Positions 51,438 through 59,286 of a DNA stretch of 64,000 bases are shown piece after piece; within the stretch, counting starts at the first letter, position 1, and each line of letters starts with the position of its first letter. A program made the position numbers and the translations under genes. The notes below the pieces were generated by a model. That model saw only the letters and a list, made by a program, of their open reading frames with translations, had not been told where the DNA came from and ran no database searches. The DNA lies in the IMG/VR virus record IMGVR_UViG_3300021963_007958. One strand, given 5' to 3'. The DNA is from a virus.

Positions 51438-51713
51438 TTATCTGTCGGCTTCTAAAAGTCTTTCAATTTTATCGACCTCCACCTCTTTATCGAAGTCGTC
51501 GTGGGTTAGATCCATCAAAAGATCCGTTTCTCTTTCCCTCATTTCTATCTGTTCTTCTAGAATTAAAATTTCGTTGCTCAGAGAGTCTACAATTTTTTCT
51601 TTAGTCTTAACTTCTCTTTCCGCTAATCTCAATTCAGAGAGCATAGCAAACCCAAAGGCAAATCCAGTGAACACTAGAATCCAAGCCCAGTTGATATCTT
51701 TTATCTTCTTCAT
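51438..51713 (-). CDS. hypothetical membrane-anchored coiled-coil protein
   Basis: N-terminal TM then heptad-rich tail. Confidence 0.6.
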   Translation of the reverse strand: MKKIKDINWAWILVFTGFAFGFAMLSELRLAEREVKTKEKIVDSLSNEILILEEQIEMRERETDLLMDLTHDDFDKEVEVDKIERLLEADR

Positions 51714-52186
51714 TTTAGTTTTTCTTCTGATACTTCTAGTATTTCGGAGTTGGGAAATTTCGTCTTAATTTCTTTCTTGAGCTTAATTATTCCTGAAGAG
51801 TTTCCCCAGATGGTAAAAGATGGAATTCCATTTTCCGAGGTGTCCAGATAAAAGTAGGAATCCCCCATGGATTTAATTCTTTCCCCGAAGTGTTCTATAA
51901 ACTGTCTTTTGAAATCCACAGTGTAAGTGTATTCATTTGTCTCGTGACCGGTGTATTCATAACTTGATCTATAGGATTTATTCCCGTCTGTGTAGTCATT
52001 ATAGCTAGAGTAATTTGATTCCCCCTCCGAAACTTCTGTGTAGATATAATGACCTTTGGGAATTATGGTATAGGATGTCCTATGCTCGTCCGGAACTTTA
52101 TGTCCTTCAACCTTGAATGCTTCCTGGGTTTCGAGACCAATGTCCTCCAAAGTCTCCATCAGATCTACAATTTCAAAATCTTCCAT
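51710..52186 (-). CDS. hypothetical protein with N-terminal acidic tag
   Basis: MEDFEIVDLMETLEDIGLE; preceded by CGTATATT. Confidence 0.65.
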   Translation of the reverse strand: MEDFEIVDLMETLEDIGLETQEAFKVEGHKVPDEHRTSYTIIPKGHYIYTEVSEGESNYSSYNDYTDGNKSYRSSYEYTGHETNEYTYTVDFKRQFIEHFGERIKSMGDSYFYLDTSENGIPSFTIWGNSSGIIKLKKEIKTKFPNSEILEVSEEKLK

Positions 52187-52219
52187 ATAACTAAATATAC
52201 GGACAGATACATAAGAGGA

Positions 52220-52327
52220 ATGAAAAATGTTCTAGTTTATGGATTTCTTGTACTGCACATTCTAGCAGTCTTTTTAGTCAAAGCCCCGTTAGGCCTCGTT
52301 AAGAGATTAAAGCCCAATATCCGATAG
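52220..52327 (+). CDS. 35-aa hydrophobic/basic peptide
   Basis: GATACATA-AGAGGA-ATG then MKNVLVYGFLVLHILAVFLVKAPLGLVKRLKPNIR. Confidence 0.4.
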   Translation: MKNVLVYGFLVLHILAVFLVKAPLGLVKRLKPNIR

Positions 52328-53188
52328 ACTTCCCTGAAGATCTGTAACTTCCTTCGCTTCTTCATCAAATCCTTTTGGCGGAACATATCCCTCTGACTTT
52401 AAATGATTATAAAAGTCTAAAACTTCATTTTTTGGATATAGTCTAGAGTTTCCAAATCCCTTTGCTGTTGAATCATCAGGAAGCTGACACTGGGAAAGAG
52501 CATATTGAATTGTGGCAGGATCTTTTTCTACTTTTTCGATAAATCTCTTTTTGATCTCGTCATAAATTCCATATGGTAGGCTAAGAATAAGATCCATAGT
52601 CGAATCATAGTGCCCACCGTAAGGATTGCAGTCTTTCTTCACCCCAATAATTCCTAGATCCCCATCTTTATAAAGTTCTTCTAGATCACGGGAGAATAGG
52701 TCCATGATATGACTTATGGATCTAAAGTCAGGGGTGGCAGGTCCTGAGAACATGGTAAAATATATGACCTTAAAGATCTGGTTCCACGACTCTTTATCGT
52801 TCAAATAAACAATAAATTCAGATTTATGAGTTAGTCTAGTGTCATTAACGTAAATTTGTGCAGTGTCATTAGAGAAGGAATATCTACTCGAAGGTCTATA
52901 GACTTCGAAGATTCGATTGAAAGTTCCTCTTCGTCCAGAAACAGGAACAGAAAAAAACCAATTGTATCCACCCTTCAGATCTTTTCTGATCCTATCTAAT
53001 TTGAAATCCGGAAATGCCTGCTTGATTGATTTATACCACGGAAGATCTTGAAAGTCTTCCTCTTTTGCGTCGTACAGTTGGTCATTCGAAGGAACCTCAT
53101 AGAAGTTGTCCAGAAGGTATTTCTTGTTCTTAGATTTATAATCGTTAGACTCGTTGACGTACTCGTCAAAATTTAGGACCTTTTTCAT
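52307..53188 (-). CDS. hypothetical protein with CTS-like leader and C-terminal tag
   Basis: MKKVLNFDEYVNES ... DLQGSLSDIGL*. Confidence 0.7.
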   Translation of the reverse strand: MKKVLNFDEYVNESNDYKSKNKKYLLDNFYEVPSNDQLYDAKEEDFQDLPWYKSIKQAFPDFKLDRIRKDLKGGYNWFFSVPVSGRRGTFNRIFEVYRPSSRYSFSNDTAQIYVNDTRLTHKSEFIVYLNDKESWNQIFKVIYFTMFSGPATPDFRSISHIMDLFSRDLEELYKDGDLGIIGVKKDCNPYGGHYDSTMDLILSLPYGIYDEIKKRFIEKVEKDPATIQYALSQCQLPDDSTAKGFGNSRLYPKNEVLDFYNHLKSEGYVPPKGFDEEAKEVTDLQGSLSDIGL

Positions 53189-53763
53189 TACTCTATCTTT
53201 CTAACTCTAATTTCTGCTTTTAGACTTTTGTCTATCGTCTCCTTCACTTTTTTTGGACTCGATCTCCATCCGGTGTCGTAGAACTCCTGAAGCTCGGAAT
53301 CGCTCATCGAGTCCAAGAGTTTACTGTGAATCTCCTCCCATTTTTCAATTAGGACTTGAACTATCTCCTTCTTTACTTCCTGCAGAAGTGCATAGAGAGT
53401 TGGAACTCCGGCTGCAATCTGCTGGACATTCTCTTTGGACACAATCTCTAGAACCTCCGGACCTACATTTTTAGAGACACGTGGGTCGTCAGTATCTAGA
53501 GTCTGCTCAAATTCTCCCCTTCTGATCTTCTGAAGAGCAAACTCCTTATTGGCGTTCTCCGATCCCCTATCCGGAAAAACCGTGATGGCAAAAACCTCCA
53601 TATATGCTGTCCACCAGGAAGGGTGTGTTAATTGCTGAGGGACACATCCGTCTACCCAGCAGGACACTTTTACCTCTTTAGCCTGTCCAATAGAAACCAA
53701 ATCCCCTAGAAGATCTTCTAGTTCTTTGTCTGTGTAGTCTTCGTAGAGTTTAATGTGTTTCAT
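53188..53763 (-). CDS. paralog family member (leader + tag + body)
   Basis: MKHIKLYEDY..ELEDLLGDLVSIGQ. Confidence 0.7.
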   Translation of the reverse strand: MKHIKLYEDYTDKELEDLLGDLVSIGQAKEVKVSCWVDGCVPQQLTHPSWWTAYMEVFAITVFPDRGSENANKEFALQKIRRGEFEQTLDTDDPRVSKNVGPEVLEIVSKENVQQIAAGVPTLYALLQEVKKEIVQVLIEKWEEIHSKLLDSMSDSELQEFYDTGWRSSPKKVKETIDKSLKAEIRVRKIE

Positions 53764-53773
53764 CTTCGTGGGA

Positions 53774-54313
53774 TTAGATCTTGGTGATTCTAACGTTGTA
53801 GCCGATGTTCTCGTTCAGATGTCTAAGTTCACCGTTAGATGGATTGGGGACTCTGGCTACCATTAGACTTTCTATTTCGTCTATCAGAATAAATTGAATG
53901 GTATAAAGACTTCCATTAACGTCCCGATCTATGTGATCTGCGGGAAGCTTCTGAACTCTCTTTGCAAGTTCGATCGTGTGCTCTTTGCTGAGTACTGGAA
54001 CCAGCTCCGGAGCAGACTCGAACATCTGATCTAAATAGGTATTATACTCAACTTTAAAGTCTCCGGCTAGAACCTTCTCGAATGCTTTTTCCTGTGCTAC
54101 TGCTTCATCGTCTATACAGACAACTTCAGTCTCAATATTTCTAAACGCCCACTCTGGCCAGTCAAAGGTGTGTTTCAGCTTGTCTGGAACCATCACAAAG
54201 ACGTTGCACTCGACCTTGAACTTTGACACCTGCCCAACGTCTGATAGTGTATCAACTAGATCCTGAAGATCTTCTGCGTCATAAAATTCGTTATACTCTT
54301 TAATGTGTCTCAT
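53774..54313 (-). CDS. paralog family member (leader + tag + body)
   Basis: MRHIKEYNEF..DLQDLVDTLSDVGQ. Confidence 0.7.
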   Translation of the reverse strand: MRHIKEYNEFYDAEDLQDLVDTLSDVGQVSKFKVECNVFVMVPDKLKHTFDWPEWAFRNIETEVVCIDDEAVAQEKAFEKVLAGDFKVEYNTYLDQMFESAPELVPVLSKEHTIELAKRVQKLPADHIDRDVNGSLYTIQFILIDEIESLMVARVPNPSNGELRHLNENIGYNVRITKI

Positions 54314-55116
54314 TATAGTCCAATATCGGATAGATCTGCAACCAGATCCTTGTCTTCTCTAAATCCAGGAGGAAGATCCCTAATTTGATCCAAAATGTCG
54401 TTCAGCATTTTTCTGTGATTTGAAGGAACCTTAGCTAACTCAATCGCCATCTTCTCAGGAGCCTTTCTGATCTCTTCACCAAGCACTTCTGGGCTCAGCT
54501 TATTTTTAAGAATCCATTCGATGGACCCATCGGGATCCTTCTTGATCACATAATCACCAACCACGATCGACAGGTAGATTCCAGTCCAAGTCTCCTGTCC
54601 ACTGAGGACATCTTCTAGATCGTCTCTCAAAAAACCAGCTCTTATCGGGTTTCTGTCGACCACTGAAAATTTCGGGGATGGATTAAATCCTCCAAGAAGT
54701 TCTTTTGTCATTCCCTCTAACGAAACAAGAAGATTGTTCTCAAGAGAGATGGTCTTCTTCACAAGGCCAATTCCTTCTAGGGTTCTAAATTTATTTCCTC
54801 CTGCATTAAGGTGTGTTCCAATCTCTCTAGGAAGTTCGGATGCAGATTCCAGTCCTGCTCCGTTAACATTAAAGAATCCACCAACCTTGCCAAATTTAAT
54901 TCCAAGAAGACCTTCTTTCCATCCGTCTTTCAGAATGAAGTTTCCTCCAACGTTCACTAGACCAGTTTCAGGGTCTACCCACCAGGCGTCCTGTGGGTGA
55001 ACTCCCTTGTTGTTCCTCTGATAGTACTTACAAGAAGCATTCAGAAGGTCCCTCTGTTCGGGTGTCACCCCTTCCTGAAGAGATTCAAACATTCTATAGG
55101 TCTTAAGGTAGATCAT
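54313..55116 (-). CDS. phage LRR protein (~3 repeats) with C-terminal tag
   Basis: WVDPETGLVNV.G cap, LEG repeats, ends DLVADLSDIGL. Confidence 0.7.
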   Translation of the reverse strand: MIYLKTYRMFESLQEGVTPEQRDLLNASCKYYQRNNKGVHPQDAWWVDPETGLVNVGGNFILKDGWKEGLLGIKFGKVGGFFNVNGAGLESASELPREIGTHLNAGGNKFRTLEGIGLVKKTISLENNLLVSLEGMTKELLGGFNPSPKFSVVDRNPIRAGFLRDDLEDVLSGQETWTGIYLSIVVGDYVIKKDPDGSIEWILKNKLSPEVLGEEIRKAPEKMAIELAKVPSNHRKMLNDILDQIRDLPPGFREDKDLVADLSDIGL

Positions 55117-55133
55117 TCACGTATATATTCACA

Positions 55134-55159
55134 AAAAAACCCGGCAGAAGCCGGGCTTT
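55134..55159 (-). terminator. intrinsic terminator downstream of ferritin gene
   Basis: CCCGGC-ttct-GCCGGG-T7 on minus strand. Confidence 0.8.
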
Positions 55160-55179
55160 CAAAAATTATAAAATTAGAA

Positions 55180-55800
55180 TTATCCAAAATATTTGTCTTC
55201 GAACATTAGAAGATCCAACTTGTTGTTGTAGTCAACCAGCATAAGAGCATTAAGAAGATCGGAGAAGACTCCAACGGAGTGGTTCTGAATGTCCACAAAC
55301 TCCTGAATGAAGTTGAAAGTTGCAGGGTGCATCCCATCAACTTCAACTTGAATCTGAGAGTAAGACTGAAGAAGATTGTATTCAAACACATAGGAAGCAT
55401 TGACACAGTCGATCAAAGACTTCATCGTGTTGGGCACAGTTGCTACTGGAATCTGAGGAAGAACATTCCACTGAACCATATAGTCCTGAAGCTTCTGAGC
55501 GTGAGTTAATTCGTCTGCTGCTTCCTCTTCGAAGAAAGCACCTGCTTTAACATACCCAACGTTCTTGCACCAGTTGGCTGCATTCTTATAGATGAGGTGT
55601 GCGGTATACTCGTCCTTTAGTCTTGCTTCTAGAGCAGAGACGATGGAAGCATCTAGAGTCTTAGGAGTCATAGGGGTTCCCGCTGTATTAGAAGCTACTG
55701 GAGCTGCAACTACTGTTACGGAGTCCATGTCCATAGTTGGAGCGTCGTCCCAGCTTTCTAGAACTTCTTTAAATGTTTTGGTTGGGTTTAGTTTTGACAT
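55180..55800 (-). CDS. ferritin with CTS-like N-terminal extension (start revised to 55800)
   Basis: E..A...Y...A.WC...GY..A..FF...A..E..HA..L..Y ferroxidase pattern; GATATATA at 55819-55826 precedes ATG 55800. Confidence 0.85.
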   Translation of the reverse strand: MSKLNPTKTFKEVLESWDDAPTMDMDSVTVVAAPVASNTAGTPMTPKTLDASIVSALEARLKDEYTAHLIYKNAANWCKNVGYVKAGAFFEEEAADELTHAQKLQDYMVQWNVLPQIPVATVPNTMKSLIDCVNASYVFEYNLLQSYSQIQVEVDGMHPATFNFIQEFVDIQNHSVGVFSDLLNALMLVDYNNKLDLLMFEDKYFG

Positions 55801-55828
55801 TCGTGATGTTATTTTGGCTATATATCCC

Positions 55829-56386
55829 TTACCTCGTCTTGTATTCAACGACGTTTATCGGCTTCCTAATTGTGTAGAACTCGCCCTTTCTGTGGCTTGG
55901 ATCCGACGGTGGGGCAATGTAAACTTTAAAGGTCGACTCCGCATCTTCTGAATAGCCATAAGGACCTCCGATCTCTTTCGAAAGAGCCAAGGATTCTGAA
56001 CCCAGATCATCTGCAAAAGCATCCAGAGCATTTCCCGATTTTCCCGCCTTCAGATAGATCTTCTTGTAGGAGTCTTTGTCTCTTAGATAGTCTTTTGCAA
56101 TCTCCTGAATTTCCTCTTTTGAATAGTAGAGTCTAGAATCTTCTATCGGAAAATATTCAAATTTTCCATCTGCAATCAGCTGCAGAGCTGCGAGAGCATC
56201 CTGATCTTCATCTCCGGTTGCATAGAACCTATCGGTCGTGAGAATCTTATTGGCGTCGTAGTACTCGTCCTTAGAAACATACTGCAACCAGATGCTCGCC
56301 TTCGCTGGGTTTGTCTGTCCAATTCCCTCCAGATCTCCCAAGAGTCCTTTAATGTCGTGTTCTTCGTATTCTAGAATGTGCTTCAT
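55829..56386 (-). CDS. paralog family member (leader + tag + body)
   Basis: MKHILEYEEHDIKGLLGDLEGIGQ. Confidence 0.7.
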   Translation of the reverse strand: MKHILEYEEHDIKGLLGDLEGIGQTNPAKASIWLQYVSKDEYYDANKILTTDRFYATGDEDQDALAALQLIADGKFEYFPIEDSRLYYSKEEIQEIAKDYLRDKDSYKKIYLKAGKSGNALDAFADDLGSESLALSKEIGGPYGYSEDAESTFKVYIAPPSDPSHRKGEFYTIRKPINVVEYKTR

Positions 56387-56423
56387 GCTATTTCTCCATT
56401 AAATCCCCAATACGGGGATCTTA

Positions 56424-57128
56424 TTAACTTAAAGTTATCGTAACGGTGGTTCTTTTATTAGTATAAATTGTGTTCCCGGAAGTGTCTACGACTTTCACTG
56501 GTGTAAATGGGGAAGGAGGGGATCCTCCAGTTTCTGAGTAAGAAGATGGATTATATGTAGTTCTTGTTGTTCCTGCTCCAACTCCGTCGGTATCAGATGC
56601 AGAAACTGAAAAATTGACGGTGTAGGTATTACCTGGAGGTGGAGGAGGAGAAAAAGTTATAGTCTGAACTGCAATTCTGTATCCACCAGACCCAACTATA
56701 CTTACGGTAAGAGGTCCATTTGCAGTCCCACTGCTGGAACCTCCTCCTCCCGCTAAATTCCCATTAAAAACCATCCCTATGGGACTATCGTTTGAGTCCC
56801 AAATCTGAACGTCCATTATTACTCCGTTTGCAGAGTTGTTGGTGACGGTGAAGGTGGTAACCATGTCTATGTCTCGGGTATAATTGTACCAGTTAGACAT
56901 CGTCATATTTTGATTTGAGTTGTATGGATCATAAATGGCGTTCTTAGCCGACGTCGCGTTGTTAGAAGCCATATTTAAATTGTGGTACATTAGTGCATTC
57001 CCGGGATATGAGTTTGCAGCAGAGGAGTAAAAGTCGTTCTTGAGCTCCAGATTCGATGCAGGATTGACAAAATCCAGCTCGGTGTTGATGTCGGACATCT
57101 TAATGTCTCCTGATGCAGGGGTTGTCAT
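56424..57128 (-). CDS. putative virion surface/decoration protein
   Basis: MT.P.SG.I.MSDINTEL N-terminus typical of phage structural appendages; S/T/G/N-rich beta body. Confidence 0.55.
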   Translation of the reverse strand: MTTPASGDIKMSDINTELDFVNPASNLELKNDFYSSAANSYPGNALMYHNLNMASNNATSAKNAIYDPYNSNQNMTMSNWYNYTRDIDMVTTFTVTNNSANGVIMDVQIWDSNDSPIGMVFNGNLAGGGGSSSGTANGPLTVSIVGSGGYRIAVQTITFSPPPPPGNTYTVNFSVSASDTDGVGAGTTRTTYNPSSYSETGGSPPSPFTPVKVVDTSGNTIYTNKRTTVTITLS

Positions 57129-57129
57129 A

Positions 57130-57357
57130 TTAGAACGATGATATTTTAGTTGATACGCCAGACAGAGAGAGTTGGTCTTTAATCCCCGACGTGAACAGGT
57201 GGGAGAATTTCAATGGCACATAAACCCAATACTCGTAGGTTGATCCCCCGTCGGACGTTAGTGCTGTAAAGCTATACTTTCCCACAGGAATTCCATTTTG
57301 AGAAAGAATCTCCCTCACTTCTGGAATTTTTGATAGCATTGCAGTCTCTGAATTCAT
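57130..57357 (-). CDS. hypothetical protein (start revised to 57357)
   Basis: ATG follows GATATATA 57376-57383; the longer track ORF runs through a terminator and a candidate ncRNA. Confidence 0.55.
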   Translation of the reverse strand: MNSETAMLSKIPEVREILSQNGIPVGKYSFTALTSDGGSTYEYWVYVPLKFSHLFTSGIKDQLSLSGVSTKISSF

Positions 57358-57393
57358 GATGTAATTTAGTTTATCTATATATCTCTCAAACCC

Positions 57394-57429
57394 AAAAAGA
57401 AAGACGGGAGTAGCGAATTCCCGTCTTTC
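57394..57429 (-). terminator. intrinsic terminator
   Basis: GAAAGACGGGA/TCCCGTCTTTC stem followed by TTTTT on minus strand. Confidence 0.8.
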
Positions 57430-57482
57430 AGTAGTCGTAACTACTCCGGTCCTAAAAGGGGACATAAAGTCCGCCGGATGTC
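57394..57482 (-). ncRNA. candidate small structured RNA
   Basis: GATATATA promoter 57484-57491, three-way junction + UACG hairpin, then intrinsic terminator. Confidence 0.55.
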
Positions 57483-57516
57483 TTATATATCTTTATTGTT
57501 TGGTCCTAAATCTTTC

Positions 57517-58392
57517 TTACAGACCAACGTCCGAAAGATCACCCAGGAGATCCATCTCTCCTTCGTATCCCTTCGGAAAGACCAACCTCTCTCGGGTCTC
57601 CCTAAAATCCGGATGGTTCCAGACTTCCTTCAGTCTCATCATCGTCCCTTCTGGGTCCTTCTGGATCTGTCGGTTCAGCGTCTCTGGAGCCAGGAAAGGT
57701 GTGATTAGCTTCTGAGCATCCGGACTTCCTGACCTAAGAATTTCCATCCAGCCTGCAGGATTCCATTTCCCTTTATCGAGATAAAATGCATCACAGTCGA
57801 AATCCCCTCCCACCTCCTGCGGCGCTCCTTCCAGAGTCTCCAGACGGTTGTTGTGGCAAGAGAAATCCCCTCCCACCTTCTTCGGAGCTCCTTCCAGGGA
57901 TGCCAGACTGTTAAAGGAGCAAGAGAAACCACCTCCCACCTCCTGCGGCGCTCCTTCCAGAGTCTCCAGACGGTTGTTGCCACAATAGAAATCTCCCCCC
58001 ACCTCCTGAGGTGCTCCTACCAGAGACTTCAGATTGTTATCTGAACAACGGAACACACCTCCGACCTTCTGGGGTGTTCCTTCCAGAGACTCCAGCCTGT
58101 TTTCGTCGCAATCGAAATATCCTCCCACCTCCTGGGGTGCTCCTTCCAGAGTCTCCAGACGGTTGGTGTGGCAACTGAAATTCCCTCCTATAACGCCAAA
58201 CCTAATTCCTTTCAGAGTCTCCAGCCCCATAGAGCTGCAATGGAAATCCCCATCAATGTCCACCAGCCCGGTCGACGGATCTAATTTCCATTGTCCTTGG
58301 GTGCACATGTTCAGAAATGCTTCTTGTTCTGAGGTTAATCCCTTCTCAGATTCAAATATCTGGTATGTCTTTAGATGTTTCATTCTTTTCAT
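57517..58392 (-). CDS. phage LRR protein (six 21-aa repeats) with leader and C-terminal tag (start 58392 or 58383)
   Basis: LxxLEGAPxxVGGxFxCxxN x6; MKHLKTYQIFES; ends DLLGDLSDVGL. Confidence 0.8.
   Translation of the reverse strand: MKRMKHLKTYQIFESEKGLTSEQEAFLNMCTQGQWKLDPSTGLVDIDGDFHCSSMGLETLKGIRFGVIGGNFSCHTNRLETLEGAPQEVGGYFDCDENRLESLEGTPQKVGGVFRCSDNNLKSLVGAPQEVGGDFYCGNNRLETLEGAPQEVGGGFSCSFNSLASLEGAPKKVGGDFSCHNNRLETLEGAPQEVGGDFDCDAFYLDKGKWNPAGWMEILRSGSPDAQKLITPFLAPETLNRQIQKDPEGTMMRLKEVWNHPDFRETRERLVFPKGYEGEMDLLGDLSDVGL
57790..58180. repeat. 63-bp coding tandem repeats (LRR units)
   Basis: 48-bp exact duplicate at 57806-57853 and 57932-57979 (126 bp apart). Confidence 0.9.
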
Positions 58393-58436
58393 GTTTTGTC
58401 GGACTCGAACAAGCTCCATTCTCTTAAATGCTTCAT
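58389..58436 (-). CDS. 15-aa leader-only mini-ORF MKHLREWSLFESDKT
   Basis: First ATG after AATATATA (58442-58449); its stop overlaps the LRR gene start (ATGA). Confidence 0.45.
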   Translation of the reverse strand: MKHLREWSLFESDKT

Positions 58437-58701
58437 GCTCTTATATATTCTTTTTAGACCGGGGTAATACCACCCACCATTCTCTCTGTTCTTCTCTGTT
58501 ATCTTAGACTCAAAGCGCCTGTAGAGGCATTTTGCTCGTCATTCATGTGCGCGTCTTGGGGCCCCTCGGGTTCCCCCACGAGACCCTAAAGTTTGGGCGG
58601 GTCTACCCCTAGGACTCCCCCTAAAGCTTGGGTTTGGGACTTCTGGGCCCATCTGGGCTAAGCTTGGGACCCCCCGCGGCGTCTAATCTAAGACGATTGA
58701 T

Positions 58702-59286
58702 TTATTGGATGTAGTTGATGCCAGACCCCTTCTGAAAGGGATTATCTAGATTGGCAGTGACGAGATACGGAGAGACCTGAGGACCAAGAAACCCATAGAC
58801 AAACACATCTGAAGCAGTCTCTTCGCTATAAGGGTATCTAGTCTTATTCAGTTGTCCCTGAAGAGCGTACTGCTGAGATCCGACCAAACCCTCCTTTATC
58901 TCCTGAAGGAGCTCGTCAATGGTGGAACAGGTCTTAGACAGAGACTGTACTCTCCTCTTCTCTATGAGATCAACAGCAACCTTGTTGCCGTTCTTGAGAC
59001 TTGCCCAGGATCTGGCATCTGGGTGGCTGGGTCTCACAAATTCTCCCTTCTGAATCTTCTCCAGCATAATTGTCTTGTCCTTGTTCTCATCACCGGTTCC
59101 GTAGAAGGGCTTGGTCTCTAGGAAGCACACGATCTCTGGGTTATAAGACCAGTAGTCGGACATGAGTCTGTAGGTGTTGAACCTTGCCCACAGTGTGCCC
59201 TTGTAAGACTTCATCTGACCAACAGAGTCTAGATTCCCCATGAGGTCTCTGAGGTCTGTTTCGTCGTATTCTAAGATGTACTTCAT
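58702..59286 (-). CDS. paralog family member (leader + tag + body)
   Basis: MKYILEYDETDLRDLMGNLDSVGQ. Confidence 0.7.
   Translation of the reverse strand: MKYILEYDETDLRDLMGNLDSVGQMKSYKGTLWARFNTYRLMSDYWSYNPEIVCFLETKPFYGTGDENKDKTIMLEKIQKGEFVRPSHPDARSWASLKNGNKVAVDLIEKRRVQSLSKTCSTIDELLQEIKEGLVGSQQYALQGQLNKTRYPYSEETASDVFVYGFLGPQVSPYLVTANLDNPFQKGSGINYIQ

Noticed and set aside
57394-57482. sRNA as hammerhead ribozyme or tRNA
   Set aside because: No CUGANGA/GAAA core in the junction, and no T-loop or acceptor stem.
57790-58180. LRR repeats as a DGR template/variable pair
   Set aside because: No reverse transcriptase in the window, and differences between units are not adenine-specific; ordinary coding tandem repeats.
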